From contig MHPK01000007.1 of assembly GCA_001822075.1 (NCBI GenBank), positions 5,975-69,974 on the forward strand: DNA of 64,000 nucleotides, in the 5' to 3' direction. The position numbers and the translations under genes are program-made. The notes under the pieces are model-generated. The model saw only the letters and a program-made list of their open reading frames with translations. It did no database searches and was not told the origin of the DNA. Shown piece by piece: positions 34,920 through 44,847 of the stretch. Every line of letters begins with the position of its first letter. Positions within the stretch are counted from its first letter, which is position 1. Origin of the DNA: Candidatus Staskawiczbacteria bacterium RIFOXYB1_FULL_38_37. Lineage in GTDB: Bacteria > Patescibacteriota > Minisyncoccia > Minisyncoccales > Staskawiczbacteraceae.

Positions 34920-36035
34920 ATGAAAATTTTGTTTACGGGGGGCGGTACAGGCGGGCATGTGTATCCTTTGGTGGCCATAATCAGAGAGATAAGGCGCATT
35001 TACCCTAAAAATAATTTAGAATTTTATTATTTGGGACCTAAAGATGACTTTGGGCTGATTTTATTGTCACAGGAGGACGTTGTAATAAAGAAAATAATTT
35101 CAGGCAAAATAAGGAGATATTTTTCGTTTCAAAATTTTATAGATATTTTATTTAAAATTCCTTTTGGGTTTTTTCAGAGTATTTTTTTGCTTATTTCAAT
35201 AAGGCCTGATTTGGTTTTTAGCAAAGGCGGGTCGGGGTCTATTGGGGTGGCATGGGCGGCAAGAATTTTAAGAATTCCTGTTTTTCTGCACGAGTCAGAT
35301 ATTGTGCCCGGGCTTTCCAATCAAAAAACTTCAAAATGGGCAAAGAAAATTTTTATTTCGTTCCCTAAAACAGAATATTTTGACAGCAAAAAAACAATTT
35401 TGACAGGAAACCCCATAAGAAGCGAAATTTTAGACGGAGACGCGAAAGTTGCAGGAGAAATTTTTAATTTAACTTTTGAAAAGCCTGTTTTTTTGATAAC
35501 CGGAGGCTCGCAGGGAGCCGAAGCCATAAATGATTTTGTTTTGAGGGTTTTAAACGATTTTTTGAAAGATTTTGAACTTATCCATGTTACGGGGCCCGCG
35601 AACATAAAAGAAACAGAAGCTGAAGCAGAAGTTATTATAGATAAAAATTTAGAAAAATATTACCATCCTATAGGGTTTTTAGATGAAGAAAAAATAAAAC
35701 ACGTTTACAAGGCAGCAGATATTGCGCTTTCAAGAGCAGGGTCGGGCTCCATCTTTGAGATTGCGGCTTGCGGCAAGCCCAGCATATTAATACCCCTGCC
35801 CACAGCCGCCGCAAACCATCAAGCAAAAAATGCTTATGTTTATGCGGAAACAGGAGCTGCCTTGGTAATTGAGCAAGAAAATTTAACCCCCAACTTTTTT
35901 ATGCACGAACTCCGATTGATATTTTTGCGGCCTGAAAAATTAGAGCAAATGCAGAAAGCGGCGCTGTCTTTTGCAAAACCTGTGGCAGCAAGGTCGATTG
36001 CAAGAGAAATTTTGGAATTTTTAATGTTAGATTAA
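34920..36035 (+). CDS. murG: UDP-GlcNAc--lipid I N-acetylglucosamine transferase MurG
   Basis: 371 aa with GGTGGHVYP and a GT28 fold pattern. Confidence 0.9.
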   Translation: MKILFTGGGTGGHVYPLVAIIREIRRIYPKNNLEFYYLGPKDDFGLILLSQEDVVIKKIISGKIRRYFSFQNFIDILFKIPFGFFQSIFLLISIRPDLVFSKGGSGSIGVAWAARILRIPVFLHESDIVPGLSNQKTSKWAKKIFISFPKTEYFDSKKTILTGNPIRSEILDGDAKVAGEIFNLTFEKPVFLITGGSQGAEAINDFVLRVLNDFLKDFELIHVTGPANIKETEAEAEVIIDKNLEKYYHPIGFLDEEKIKHVYKAADIALSRAGSGSIFEIAACGKPSILIPLPTAAANHQAKNAYVYAETGAALVIEQENLTPNFFMHELRLIFLRPEKLEQMQKAALSFAKPVAARSIAREILEFLMLD

Positions 36036-36042
36036 TAAAAAA

Positions 36043-37533
36043 ATGGCAACGAAAAATATACGAGTGCGTTTTGCGCCATCTCCCACGGGGCCCTTGCATG
36101 TAGGCGGAGCAAGAACGGCCTTATTTAACTATCTTTTCGCAAAAAATCCTCATGGAGCAGGGAAGGGTAAATTTATTTTGCGGATTGAAGACACCGATAA
36201 AGAAAGATCTGAATTAAAATGGGTGCAAGAAATTATAAATGAATTGAAATGGCTGGGAATTGAATGGGACGAAGGCCCAGACATTGACGGGGCATCGGGG
36301 CCTTATAAGCAGTCTCAGCGCATGGAAATTTACGAAAAATATTTAAAACAGCTTTTACAGGAAGACAAAGCTTATTATTGCTTTTGCGCCCAAGAAGAAT
36401 TAGAAGACAAGCGCCAGGAACAGATGGCTAGGGGAGTGGCCCCGAAATATGATGGAAAATGCTCGCATCTTTCTTCTGAATTAGTCAAAAAAAATTTAGC
36501 AGAAGGCAAGCCGGCTGTAATAAGATTTAGAATTGCAAATAAAAAAGTTAAGTTTAAAGACCTTGTCAGAGGGGAAATAGAGTTTGATGCAGGGCTTTTA
36601 GGGGATGTGGTAATAGCAAAAGATTTAAATGCTCCTTTGTACCATTTTACAGTTGTTGTAGATGATTATTTAATGCAGATTTCACACGTTATAAGGGGAG
36701 AAGAGCATTTATCAAATACTCCAAGGCAAATTTTGATTTACAGGGCCCTTGGATTTGAGCATCCTGAATATGCGCATTTGCCTTTGTTGTTAAACCCTGA
36801 CAGGAGTAAGCTTTCAAAACGTCATGGAGATGTTGCTTTGGCTGATTACCATAAGCAGGGTTATCTGCCGGAAGCAATTATTAACTTTATGGCGCTTTTG
36901 GGGTGGAATCCGGGCACTGAAAGGGAAGTTTTTACGTTATCTCAGCTTGTGAAGGAATTTTCTATTGAAAAGGCGCAAAAAGGCGGAGCTGTATTTAATA
37001 TAAAAAGGCTGGATTTTTTAAACAGCTTATATATTCGTGAAAAAGCGCCAGAAAAGCTTGTTTTGCTTTGCGCGCCGTATCTTAAAGCAGCCGGGCTTTT
37101 GGTAAAAGGCCAGATATCTGATGACAAACTCCAAAAAATTGTAGAGGTATCAAAACAAAGAATGAAAAAACTTTCAGAAATAGTTGAGTTAACTGATTTC
37201 TTTTTTAAAGATAAGTTGAATTATGAAAAAAATTTATTGAAATGGGATAAAATGAAAGACGAGGATATAAAGGGCGCTCTTTTATTGTGCGACAAGATTT
37301 TATCTAATATCAAAATTTGGGATGCTAAAAAGGTTGAAGAGGTTTTGTTTGAAGGAGCAGCAGAGTTTAATAAGCAAAAAGGCTTTCCTGAAAAAAACAG
37401 AGGATTTTTATTGTGGCCGTTAAGGGTGGCTTTATCTGGAAAAGAATTTTCTCCAAGCCCTTTTGAAATAGCAGACATTTTGGGAAAAGAGAATACATTG
37501 GCAAGAATAGCCGAAGCCATAAAAAAACTATAG
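36043..37533 (+). CDS. gltX: glutamate--tRNA ligase
   Basis: 496 aa with PTGPLHVGGART (HIGH) and KLSKRHG (KMSKS). Confidence 0.95.
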   Translation: MATKNIRVRFAPSPTGPLHVGGARTALFNYLFAKNPHGAGKGKFILRIEDTDKERSELKWVQEIINELKWLGIEWDEGPDIDGASGPYKQSQRMEIYEKYLKQLLQEDKAYYCFCAQEELEDKRQEQMARGVAPKYDGKCSHLSSELVKKNLAEGKPAVIRFRIANKKVKFKDLVRGEIEFDAGLLGDVVIAKDLNAPLYHFTVVVDDYLMQISHVIRGEEHLSNTPRQILIYRALGFEHPEYAHLPLLLNPDRSKLSKRHGDVALADYHKQGYLPEAIINFMALLGWNPGTEREVFTLSQLVKEFSIEKAQKGGAVFNIKRLDFLNSLYIREKAPEKLVLLCAPYLKAAGLLVKGQISDDKLQKIVEVSKQRMKKLSEIVELTDFFFKDKLNYEKNLLKWDKMKDEDIKGALLLCDKILSNIKIWDAKKVEEVLFEGAAEFNKQKGFPEKNRGFLLWPLRVALSGKEFSPSPFEIADILGKENTLARIAEAIKKL

Positions 37534-37560
37534 CCGTAATCTATTGTGCGATAAATTACT

Positions 37561-37977
37561 ATGAAAAGGGGAATCATAATAAAAAACATGACAATTATAG
37601 CCATTATTCTGGCAATTGTTTATTTTAGCCAAAACCCCAGTTTTTCTAAATTGGGGGAAAATGTATTTTCAGGGTCCTTGCGGGCTGTCGGAGGCGATTA
37701 TTGGGCCAAAGGTTCTAATTGGGTAAAAGACGACCTCTTCTCTAAAATTGGCGGGGAAGCGCAGAAGAGAGGGGATATGGCAAAGGAAGGTATAACTGAA
37801 CAAAAAGAAAAAGTTTCAGAAAGCATTGGAGAAAATATTAAAAATTATTTTTCTGGAATAGTGGCTGGAATAGTGGATAGTGTTTTAAATATAAAAAAAG
37901 AGGATTCTGGTCCAAGTCGAACTGAAACCTGTCTGCCTTGCCAGTCGTCTCAAAGCCCGTATCAAGTTAGCCCTTGA
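37561..37977 (+). CDS. hypothetical membrane-anchored protein
   Basis: 138 aa with one N-terminal TM; no motif recognised. Confidence 0.5.
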   Translation: MKRGIIIKNMTIIAIILAIVYFSQNPSFSKLGENVFSGSLRAVGGDYWAKGSNWVKDDLFSKIGGEAQKRGDMAKEGITEQKEKVSESIGENIKNYFSGIVAGIVDSVLNIKKEDSGPSRTETCLPCQSSQSPYQVSP

Positions 37978-38106
37978 TGTTAATTTAGGGGTTGACATGG
38001 CATTAGGGAAGAGCTTATTATTAAATATAGGAGATGTCGTAAAATGTTGGTAAAGCGAAGTCTGGCTACAAATAATCCAAATAATCCAAACAGATAATAT
38101 TTTTTT

Positions 38107-39066
38107 ATGGAAAAATCAAAGACGTCTTTAGCAAAACATATAAATGACTTTTTGGATTATTGCGACGTGGAAAAAGGATTAAAGAATAATACTCAGAAAA
38201 ATTACAAAGAATATCTGAATAAATTTTTTGGCTGGTTAAAATATAAGAATTTAAGCCATATACTCCCCCATCAGCTGACCCCAGAGCATATATGGGAGTA
38301 CCGTTTATACCTTTCGAGGTATGCAAACCCTAAATCAGGCAAATCCCTTAGAAAGACTACTCAGAACTACTATTTAATCGCTTTAAGGGCCTTTTTAGGC
38401 TATTTTGTGGCAAAAGACATAGTTTCACTACCCCCAGGCAAAGTGACCCTTCCTAAGCCCGATAAAAGCGTAAAAACCATAAAATTTCTTACTTTAGAGC
38501 AAATTGAACGCCTTTTAACAGCCGTTGAGCCAAAAGACGAGGTTGGGCTTAGGGATAGGGCTATTTTAGAGGCCTTTTTCTCAACCGGGCTTAGAATAGC
38601 TGAATTAGTGGCCCTTAACAAAGAGCAGTTTGCTAACATTAAAAATAAGAAAGACTTTGAACTGGGCATTATTGGCAAGGGCGGGAACCCTAGGACTGTT
38701 TATTTCTCAGAAAGGGCTTTAGGGTGGATAAAGAGGTATCTGGAGGCGCGCAAAGATATGGAAAAGCCTTTATTTGTAAGCACTAGCGGAAAGAAGGGCT
38801 CTGATTGCCGATTAACCCCCAGGTCCATTGAAAGGATCGTCAAAAAATATGCGATACTGGCTGGAGTACCCATATTCACTACCCCTCACACTCTCCGCCA
38901 CTCTTATGCAACAGACCTTTTAAACCAAGGAGTTGATTTAAGGTCAATTCAAGAATTTTTGGGCCACCGCAGCATAATGACAACCCAGATATATACCCAT
39001 GTAACAAATAAGCGCCTCCGCGATATACACCGCAAATTCCATGGCGGAAAAGACCTCAAAGAATAG
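38107..39066 (+). CDS. tyrosine site-specific recombinase, XerC/XerD-like
   Basis: 319 aa with an N-terminal SAM-like domain and the catalytic pattern R...HTLRHSYAT...GHRSIMTTQIYTHV. Confidence 0.85.
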   Translation: MEKSKTSLAKHINDFLDYCDVEKGLKNNTQKNYKEYLNKFFGWLKYKNLSHILPHQLTPEHIWEYRLYLSRYANPKSGKSLRKTTQNYYLIALRAFLGYFVAKDIVSLPPGKVTLPKPDKSVKTIKFLTLEQIERLLTAVEPKDEVGLRDRAILEAFFSTGLRIAELVALNKEQFANIKNKKDFELGIIGKGGNPRTVYFSERALGWIKRYLEARKDMEKPLFVSTSGKKGSDCRLTPRSIERIVKKYAILAGVPIFTTPHTLRHSYATDLLNQGVDLRSIQEFLGHRSIMTTQIYTHVTNKRLRDIHRKFHGGKDLKE

Positions 39067-39155
39067 TTTAATTTTGTCGCATAATAAAATAGGGGCATTG
39101 TCGCACAATTATTTATTTGGTATGATAAATTATATAAATTAAAAAAGGAAAAGTT

Positions 39156-39650
39156 ATGGCAAAACAAAACTTTGACATTGCATTATTGGTAAATAAGGAC
39201 GGATGTTTTGATTTGCAGTTTCGCAAAGACACCAGGCACGAAAGAACCAACTCCCCCACTTATTACAGATGGAAGGCGCAGTTTATTGTGACAATGCCAA
39301 AAGAAAATATTAAAATTTTAGATAAAATTAAAAAGGAAATCGGGTGCGGACAAATAACTTTATCAAACGGCCAAGCAAGATTTTCTGTGCAAAAAATTGG
39401 AGACATAACTGGAATTGTCGTGCCGTTTTTTAGAAAAAACTGCCTGGCGGAAAAAAAGAAAAAAGATTTTGAGCTTTGGGCAAAAAGCGTTGAAATAATC
39501 CAAAGAAATAAAGGAAAATATATAGCAAGCTGGAAAAAAAATGAATTAATTTCTTTAATAGAAATCCAAAAAGCTTCTGTAAAATATAAAAACAGGCCGA
39601 GAGCGCCAAAATGGCTAGAAATAGCGCAAAGATTGGCAAAAACAATTTAA
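39156..39650 (+). CDS. free-standing LAGLIDADG-family homing endonuclease-like protein
   Basis: 164 aa with a degenerate LAGLIDADG helix (IALLVNKDGCFDL) and the pattern ILDKIKKEIGCGQI...VVPFFRKNCL..KKKKDFELW typical of LAGLIDADG_3 proteins. Confidence 0.7.
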   Translation: MAKQNFDIALLVNKDGCFDLQFRKDTRHERTNSPTYYRWKAQFIVTMPKENIKILDKIKKEIGCGQITLSNGQARFSVQKIGDITGIVVPFFRKNCLAEKKKKDFELWAKSVEIIQRNKGKYIASWKKNELISLIEIQKASVKYKNRPRAPKWLEIAQRLAKTI

Positions 39651-39665
39651 AAGAAAAAAATAAAT

Positions 39666-40349
39666 CTATTTCCCGAAACGGCGGCTTCGGCGGTCAAACT
39701 CTTCCAAAGCTAAATCTAAATCCTGTTCTGTAAAATCAGGCCAGAGTTTTGGCGAAAAATATAACTCTGAGTAAGCTGTCTGCCATATTACGAAATTTGA
39801 CATTCTTTTTTCTCCGCCAGCCCTTATCACTAAATCTGGGGTCGGAAGCCCGGCAGTAGACAAATAACTTTCAAATAGTTTTTCATCAACCTTGTCTGCT
39901 GGTACTTTGTTTTTTATAATTTTTTTGACAGCCTGTAAAATATCCCACTTTCCGCCATAGCTTATTGCTAAATTTAAAAAAAGCTTAGAGTTGTTTTTTG
40001 TTTCATTCTCAACTGTGTTTATTGCGTTTTGCAAAGGTTCTGGAAGCCTGTCTTTCTGCCCTATTACTCTTACGCGGACTTGGTCTTTTTTATATTTTTC
40101 TAAATTATCCGCCAGGCAGCTTTCTAATAATTTCATTAAATAGCTGACCTCTTCTTTGCTTCTATTCCAATTTTCTGTTGAAAATCCAAAAGCCGTGAGC
40201 ACTTTCACTCCCCTATTTTTGCACCATTCTGAAAAATCTAAAAGATTATTATAGCCTTGTTTATGGCCGTCAAGACTGGCGATTCCTTTTTGTTTTGCCC
40301 AGCGGCGATTGCCATCTGGGAATAAAACTATATGTTGCGGCGAGTTCAT
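39666..40349 (-). CDS. uppS: undecaprenyl-diphosphate synthase (isoprenyl transferase)
   Basis: 227 aa with HIVLFPDGNRRWA and a cis-prenyltransferase pattern. Confidence 0.95.
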   Translation of the reverse strand: MNSPQHIVLFPDGNRRWAKQKGIASLDGHKQGYNNLLDFSEWCKNRGVKVLTAFGFSTENWNRSKEEVSYLMKLLESCLADNLEKYKKDQVRVRVIGQKDRLPEPLQNAINTVENETKNNSKLFLNLAISYGGKWDILQAVKKIIKNKVPADKVDEKLFESYLSTAGLPTPDLVIRAGGEKRMSNFVIWQTAYSELYFSPKLWPDFTEQDLDLALEEFDRRSRRFGK

Positions 40350-40513
40350 TGATTTTGAGTTTTTTGTATTATTATAGATTCTTTTGACTGGTATTTTGCT
40401 GTGATATATCCTGCGGCAAAAGAAAGCAATACTAAAAGCGCGACTATTATAACTAACATTATATCATAAAAATGGCTTTTGACAAAGTCAGATATTTTTG
40501 CTATCATACATTA

Positions 40514-40547
40514 TAATTTAAAATTTAAAATTTTTAATTTAAAATTA
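40514..40547. repeat. 7-bp-periodic A/T-rich array upstream of rpmA
   Basis: aatttaa aatttaa aattttt aatttaa aattaca, ending 7 nt before the ATG. Confidence 0.6.
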
Positions 40548-40554
40548 CAAGATT

Positions 40555-40842
40555 ATGTCTAAGACAAAACAAGGAGGATCATCCAGGCTTGGCAGAGATT
40601 CCATGTCGCAAAGGCTCGGAATAAAGGCGTGCGCGGGCCAGGAGGTCAAGACTGGCATGATAATCGTCAGGCAAAGGGGCACAAAATATATTCCTGGCAA
40701 AAATGTAAAATTAGGTTCTGATGATACTATTTATGCTATGAAGGGCGGAGTTGTCAGATTTGATGCAAAAAGAAAAAAACTTTTTGACGGCTCTCAACGT
40801 TTAGTAAGAATTGTTTCAGTGCAGCCTGGCAAAGCCAAATAA
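40555..40842 (+). CDS. rpmA: 50S ribosomal protein L27
   Basis: MSKTKQGGSSRLGRDSMSQRLGIK...IIVRQRGTKYIPGKNV. Confidence 0.95.
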   Translation: MSKTKQGGSSRLGRDSMSQRLGIKACAGQEVKTGMIIVRQRGTKYIPGKNVKLGSDDTIYAMKGGVVRFDAKRKKLFDGSQRLVRIVSVQPGKAK

Positions 40843-40851
40843 CTCCTATTA

Positions 40852-40885
40852 AAAAATCCGTCCGTCTTTTTTAGGGCGGATTTTT
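40852..40885. terminator. bidirectional terminator between rpmA and pyrG
   Basis: aaaaatccg...cggattttt arms. Confidence 0.65.
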
Positions 40886-42539
40886 AGTGCTTTTTTTGAC
40901 AATTAATGGCTGTTTTAATAAATTCTTTGAAAAGCGGATGCGGTTTTAACGGCCTTGATTTGAACTCTGGATGAAACTGGGTGGCCACAAAAAACGGATG
41001 GTTTTTTACTTCAATTATTTCTACTAAATTTTTTTTCGGGTTTGTCCCGGCGATTACCAATCCTTTTTCTTCAAGAAGTTTGCGGTAGTCATTGTTTACT
41101 TCATACCTATGCCTGTGCCTTTCTGAAATAATATAAGGCCCTGTTTCGTTTGGAACCCATGCTTTGTAGGCCTTCCAGCTTATGGTGCCTGGCTGAACTT
41201 GGCAGTCGTACGCTCCCAGCCGCATTGTCCCCCCGTAGTGTTTGTCTTCTAAAAGTTTTTTTTGGTCTTGCATTACATCTATTACAAGATTTTTAGAATG
41301 GCTGTTGAATTCTCTTGAAGTGGCGTCTTTGATGCCAGCTTTATTTCTTGCAAATTCTATTACAGAAAGCTGGAGCCCCAAGCACAATCCTAAAAACGGA
41401 ATTTTGTTTTCCCTGCAATATTGTATAGCTTTTATTTTTCCTTCTATTCCGCGATTGCCAAACCCCCCGGGCACAATAATGCCGTCGTATTTTTTTAATT
41501 CTTTCAACGATGCGGGATTTTTTTCGAATTCTCCAGATGAAATCCATGATATTTTTGCTTTTTTGTTCTCAGAAAAAGCTGCATGTTTTATGGCCTCGAT
41601 AACAGATATATATGAATCCATTAAAGTAAAGCTGCCTGTTTCAAAATATTTTCCCACAACGCCGATATTTACGATTTTCGGGGAATTTTTTATAAGTTTG
41701 ACCAATTTGCGCCATTCTTTTAAGTCGCTTTCTCGGGGTTTGATGCCGAACTTTTTTAAAATTCTGTTGCCCATGTTTTCATTTTCAAAATTTATAGGAA
41801 CCTCATAAACAGACTTTACGTCTGGAGCCGAAATAATGTCTTCTTTGGCGATATTGCAAAACATTGAAATTTTTCTTTTTCTCGGCTCGTCTAGCGGCAA
41901 AACAGATCTGGCTAAAATTATTTCTGGCTGTATTCCTGCAGAATTCAATGTTCTTACAGCATACTGGGTGGGTTTTGTTTTCATTTCTCCTATCATTTTT
42001 GGCACAGGAAAATAGCTTACTAAAATAAAAAGCACATCTTTTGGATGTGAAAGCTTCATCATTCTGGCGGCTTCCAAAAAAAGCATGTTCTGGTATTCGC
42101 CTACGGTCCCTCCGATCTCAATCAAAACAAAATCTGCTTCTACTTTTTTGCCAGCTGCCTTTATTCTTGTTATGACTTCATTTGGTATGTCGGGCACCAC
42201 TTCAACGCACCTGCCGTTGTACTCTAAATTTCTTTCGCGGTTTATCACGTTTTGATAAACCCGGCCAGTGGTCATATAATTTTTATCGTAAATATTTTCG
42301 TCTAAAAATCTTTCATAGTTGCCTACGTCCTGATCGCACTCAGTTCCATCGTCGGTTACAAAAACCTCGCCGTGCTCTACAGGGTTCATTGTTCCTGCGT
42401 CAACGTTTATGTACGGGTCAATCTTTATGGCAGTAACTTTATATCCTTTGCTTTTTAAAATTCTGCCTATTGATGCTGTGGCAATCCCTTTGCCTATTCC
42501 AGACATCACGCCTCCCGATACGAAAATATAGCGCGCCAT
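40884..42539 (-). CDS. pyrG: CTP synthase
   Basis: 551 aa with MARYIFVSGGVMSGIGKG and the GATase LGLCLGLQ motif. Confidence 0.96.
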   Translation of the reverse strand: MARYIFVSGGVMSGIGKGIATASIGRILKSKGYKVTAIKIDPYINVDAGTMNPVEHGEVFVTDDGTECDQDVGNYERFLDENIYDKNYMTTGRVYQNVINRERNLEYNGRCVEVVPDIPNEVITRIKAAGKKVEADFVLIEIGGTVGEYQNMLFLEAARMMKLSHPKDVLFILVSYFPVPKMIGEMKTKPTQYAVRTLNSAGIQPEIILARSVLPLDEPRKRKISMFCNIAKEDIISAPDVKSVYEVPINFENENMGNRILKKFGIKPRESDLKEWRKLVKLIKNSPKIVNIGVVGKYFETGSFTLMDSYISVIEAIKHAAFSENKKAKISWISSGEFEKNPASLKELKKYDGIIVPGGFGNRGIEGKIKAIQYCRENKIPFLGLCLGLQLSVIEFARNKAGIKDATSREFNSHSKNLVIDVMQDQKKLLEDKHYGGTMRLGAYDCQVQPGTISWKAYKAWVPNETGPYIISERHRHRYEVNNDYRKLLEEKGLVIAGTNPKKNLVEIIEVKNHPFFVATQFHPEFKSRPLKPHPLFKEFIKTAINCQKKH

Positions 42540-42546
42540 TCTACTT

Positions 42547-42993
42547 TTATTTTTCCTCTGTTACTATTAATTTTATTTCAATTTCTAAGTTGTGGTCTAA
42601 ATTAATTTTTACCGGAAATTCACCAAGTTCCTTTATTGGTTTTTCTAAACTAATTTGGGATTTTTTAACTTCAAATCCCATTTCTTTTAATTTCTCTAAT
42701 ATTTTTTGGCTGGTTATAGATTCAAAAAGCTGGCCCTCTTCTCCAATTTTAATTGCTATGCTTAACTCTAATCCATCGAGTTTTGAAGCCAATTCCTGTG
42801 ATTTTTTTAAATCTTCTTCGGCTTCTTTTTCTATAAGTTCTTTTTGGTTTTCAAGCCATTTTAAGGCTTCTTTGGTAGCTGGCCTGGCTAATTTTCCAGG
42901 CAATAAAAAATTTCTGGCATAGCCGTCTTTTACCTCTTTCAGGTCGTATTTTTTGCCTAATTTCTCAACGTCTTGTAGAAGAATTACCTTCAT
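42547..42993 (-). CDS. rplI: 50S ribosomal protein L9
   Basis: MKVILLQDVEKLGKKYDLKEVKDGYARNFLLP. Confidence 0.92.
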   Translation of the reverse strand: MKVILLQDVEKLGKKYDLKEVKDGYARNFLLPGKLARPATKEALKWLENQKELIEKEAEEDLKKSQELASKLDGLELSIAIKIGEEGQLFESITSQKILEKLKEMGFEVKKSQISLEKPIKELGEFPVKINLDHNLEIEIKLIVTEEK

Positions 42994-43021
42994 GGTTTTT
43001 TATTATTTTACAATTACTATT

Positions 43022-44221
43022 CTACTTTAAATCTTTAATAATTTCAAGGGCTTTTTCAAGCTGAGGGTCTTTATTTGATTCTGTGTCATGGTCCGATAGC
43101 TCAACCTTAATGTCTGGCTCCAATCCCACCTCAGAAATCGAATCTCCATTCGGGGTAAGCCACTTAGATATGGTTATTTTAAGAAACGACCCTCCGCGCA
43201 AATTAACAACTTCCTGGACCGATCCTTTTCCAAATGATTTTTCTCCTACAAGCATTACGTCCCTGTTATCTCTTAGGGCTCCTGCTAAAATTTCAGAGGC
43301 CGAAGCAGAGCCCTGGTTTATCAAAACAACCACAGGATAATTTGCGAATTCTCCGTTTCCCTCGCTTTTATAAATTTGCTGCTGCTCGCTGCCGCCAAAA
43401 CTTTCTATTGTGACAACTTGCCCATTTTTTAAAAAGTATCCTGCAATTTCTTGCGAAACCTCAAGGTATCCTCCGGGGTTATTTCTCAAGTCTAATATAA
43501 TTTTTTTAGCTGGGCTTTGCAATATCTCATAAGCCTCTCTTTTGAAATCTCCAGAAAGCGCTTCGTCAAACTGGAAAATTTGCACATAGGCTATGTCGTT
43601 ATCTTTCAAAGACCATTTTGTTGGCGTAATTTTTATCGTGCCTCTGGTTATTCTTATATCTTTTGAGCTAGTCCAGCCATCTCTGTAAATTGTTAAAACA
43701 ACATCTGTGCCCTCGGGGCCTCTTATTAAATTAACTGCTTCTTCAATTGTAATATTTGATGCGTCCTGGCCGTTTATTTCTAAAATAATGTCGCCGGCTT
43801 TTAACCCGGCTGACTGGGCGGGAGTGCCCTCTAATGGAGCTATTATTGTAAGCTGGTCTTTTCTAATGCCTAATTCAGCTCCGATTCCCTCAAAAGACCC
43901 TGAAAGGCTTTGCATAAAAGTTTCTGCCTCTTCGGGAGTAAAGAATGAAGTATACGGGTCTCCCAGCGACTCTGCCATTCCTTTTATGGCCCCGTAAATT
44001 ATTTTTTGGTCATCTATTTTTGACGGGTCTATAAAATTTTCACGGAGCTTATTATAAGCATCCCAAAAAAGGGAAAAATTTATGTTTTCCGGCTGGGGCA
44101 CGCAGTAAGCCACTTTTTCAACGCCGACCCAAATGCCCAAATAAAAAACAGCGATAAAACATGCCACCAGAACAACGACATAAATTATTTTTTTATCAAA
44201 ATTAAAATTAAAATCGAACAT
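43022..44221 (-). CDS. carboxyl-terminal processing protease (S41, CtpA-like)
   Basis: 399 aa with an N-terminal TM, a PDZ domain (GLKAGDIILEINGQ) and GSASASEILAGAL. Confidence 0.9.
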   Translation of the reverse strand: MFDFNFNFDKKIIYVVVLVACFIAVFYLGIWVGVEKVAYCVPQPENINFSLFWDAYNKLRENFIDPSKIDDQKIIYGAIKGMAESLGDPYTSFFTPEEAETFMQSLSGSFEGIGAELGIRKDQLTIIAPLEGTPAQSAGLKAGDIILEINGQDASNITIEEAVNLIRGPEGTDVVLTIYRDGWTSSKDIRITRGTIKITPTKWSLKDNDIAYVQIFQFDEALSGDFKREAYEILQSPAKKIILDLRNNPGGYLEVSQEIAGYFLKNGQVVTIESFGGSEQQQIYKSEGNGEFANYPVVVLINQGSASASEILAGALRDNRDVMLVGEKSFGKGSVQEVVNLRGGSFLKITISKWLTPNGDSISEVGLEPDIKVELSDHDTESNKDPQLEKALEIIKDLK

Positions 44222-44297
44222 GAGATTATTTATTGTATTTAGTCTTTATACCAAAAAACAATTTACAAAGCAACATTACGCTCAAGGCAATGAAACA

Positions 44298-44323
44298 GGG
44301 CGACTAAACAGAGTTAGTCGCCC
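44298..44323. terminator. 10-bp perfect hairpin gggcgactaa/ttagtcgccc closing the GC-rich island
   Basis: Perfect arms with a 6-nt loop; only a weak T-run on either strand. Confidence 0.45.
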
Positions 44324-44617
44324 TTCTTTATGCTTGCCCTAACAAGGTTGTACCTTGAGGCCATGCCCGTAAAAGGGCATACAGAGGAGAAAAGAGAACG
44401 AGCATGTAGCTCTCAGATGCTGGCAGGGTTCTCAAGTCTGCTAGCAGAAACGAAGACTCACGGTCAAGAAGATAGGGCCTCCTTTCAGCAAGAACAGAGA
44501 AGATGAGAAGTAGGCTGAAAAAGGGCCGAGCTATTTTATGCGCAGCTTTTTTAAAGCAACACATTCCATGCTGCGCATACTCTCCGTAGAGAGTTTTTTT
44601 GGCGCTGCCATAGCGCC
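44324..44617 (-). other. GC-rich, hairpin-dense, apparently noncoding segment of about 300 nt
   Basis: Stems: tatgcgcagc/gctgcgcata (10 bp), gctggcag/ctgctagc, atgccc/gggcat, ggcgct/agcgcc, caaggt/accttg. The only ORF here (102 aa) has no RBS and an implausible sequence. Confidence 0.35.
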
Positions 44618-44803
44618 CTAGCCAACAGCTTGGCAAAACCTCCCGGAGGTAAATTCCCAGCTCGTAAGCTGGGGCTTATCCAGATTGACGGCAGCATCCC
44701 CATGTGTCTGAAACGTTTTTTTGCCAGCAAAATGTTTTGCTGGTTTAATCGCCATGATAAGAGCTGCAGCCAAAGCTACGATGAATCCGATCGCATATAA
44801 CAT
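44618..44803 (-). CDS. small ORF, 61 aa, N-terminal hydrophobic helix (MLYAIGFIVALAAALIMAI...)
   Basis: ggggagaaaccaaaATG RBS-like context and a near-consensus promoter upstream. No family recognised. Confidence 0.3.
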   Translation of the reverse strand: MLYAIGFIVALAAALIMAIKPAKHFAGKKTFQTHGDAAVNLDKPQLTSWEFTSGRFCQAVG

Positions 44804-44847
44804 TTTGGTTTCTCCCCAAATTGTGATAGTAAGAGCAGATTTATATA

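Noticed and set aside
37960-39110. dif site for the XerC/D-like recombinase
   Set aside because: The candidates (tgatgttaatt at about 37975 and ttgtcgcataataaaatagg at about 39074) each match only one arm of the 11-6-11 dif pattern, and neither gives a convincing 28-bp site by eye.
40346-40459. 37-aa TM sORF (MLVIIVALLVLLSFAAGYITAKYQ...) overlapping the uppS start by ATGA
   Set aside because: Its ATG is embedded in the best -10 element (TATAATG) of the only promoter-like sequence upstream, so it would probably not be in the transcript. It has no RBS. I left it uncalled, but conservation is worth checking.
44328-44636. 102-aa ORF (MPSCWLGRYGSAKK...) as a gene
   Set aside because: It has no RBS, an implausible Cys/Trp/Leu-rich sequence, and it overlaps the preceding 61-aa ORF and dense secondary structure. 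It is more likely noncoding.
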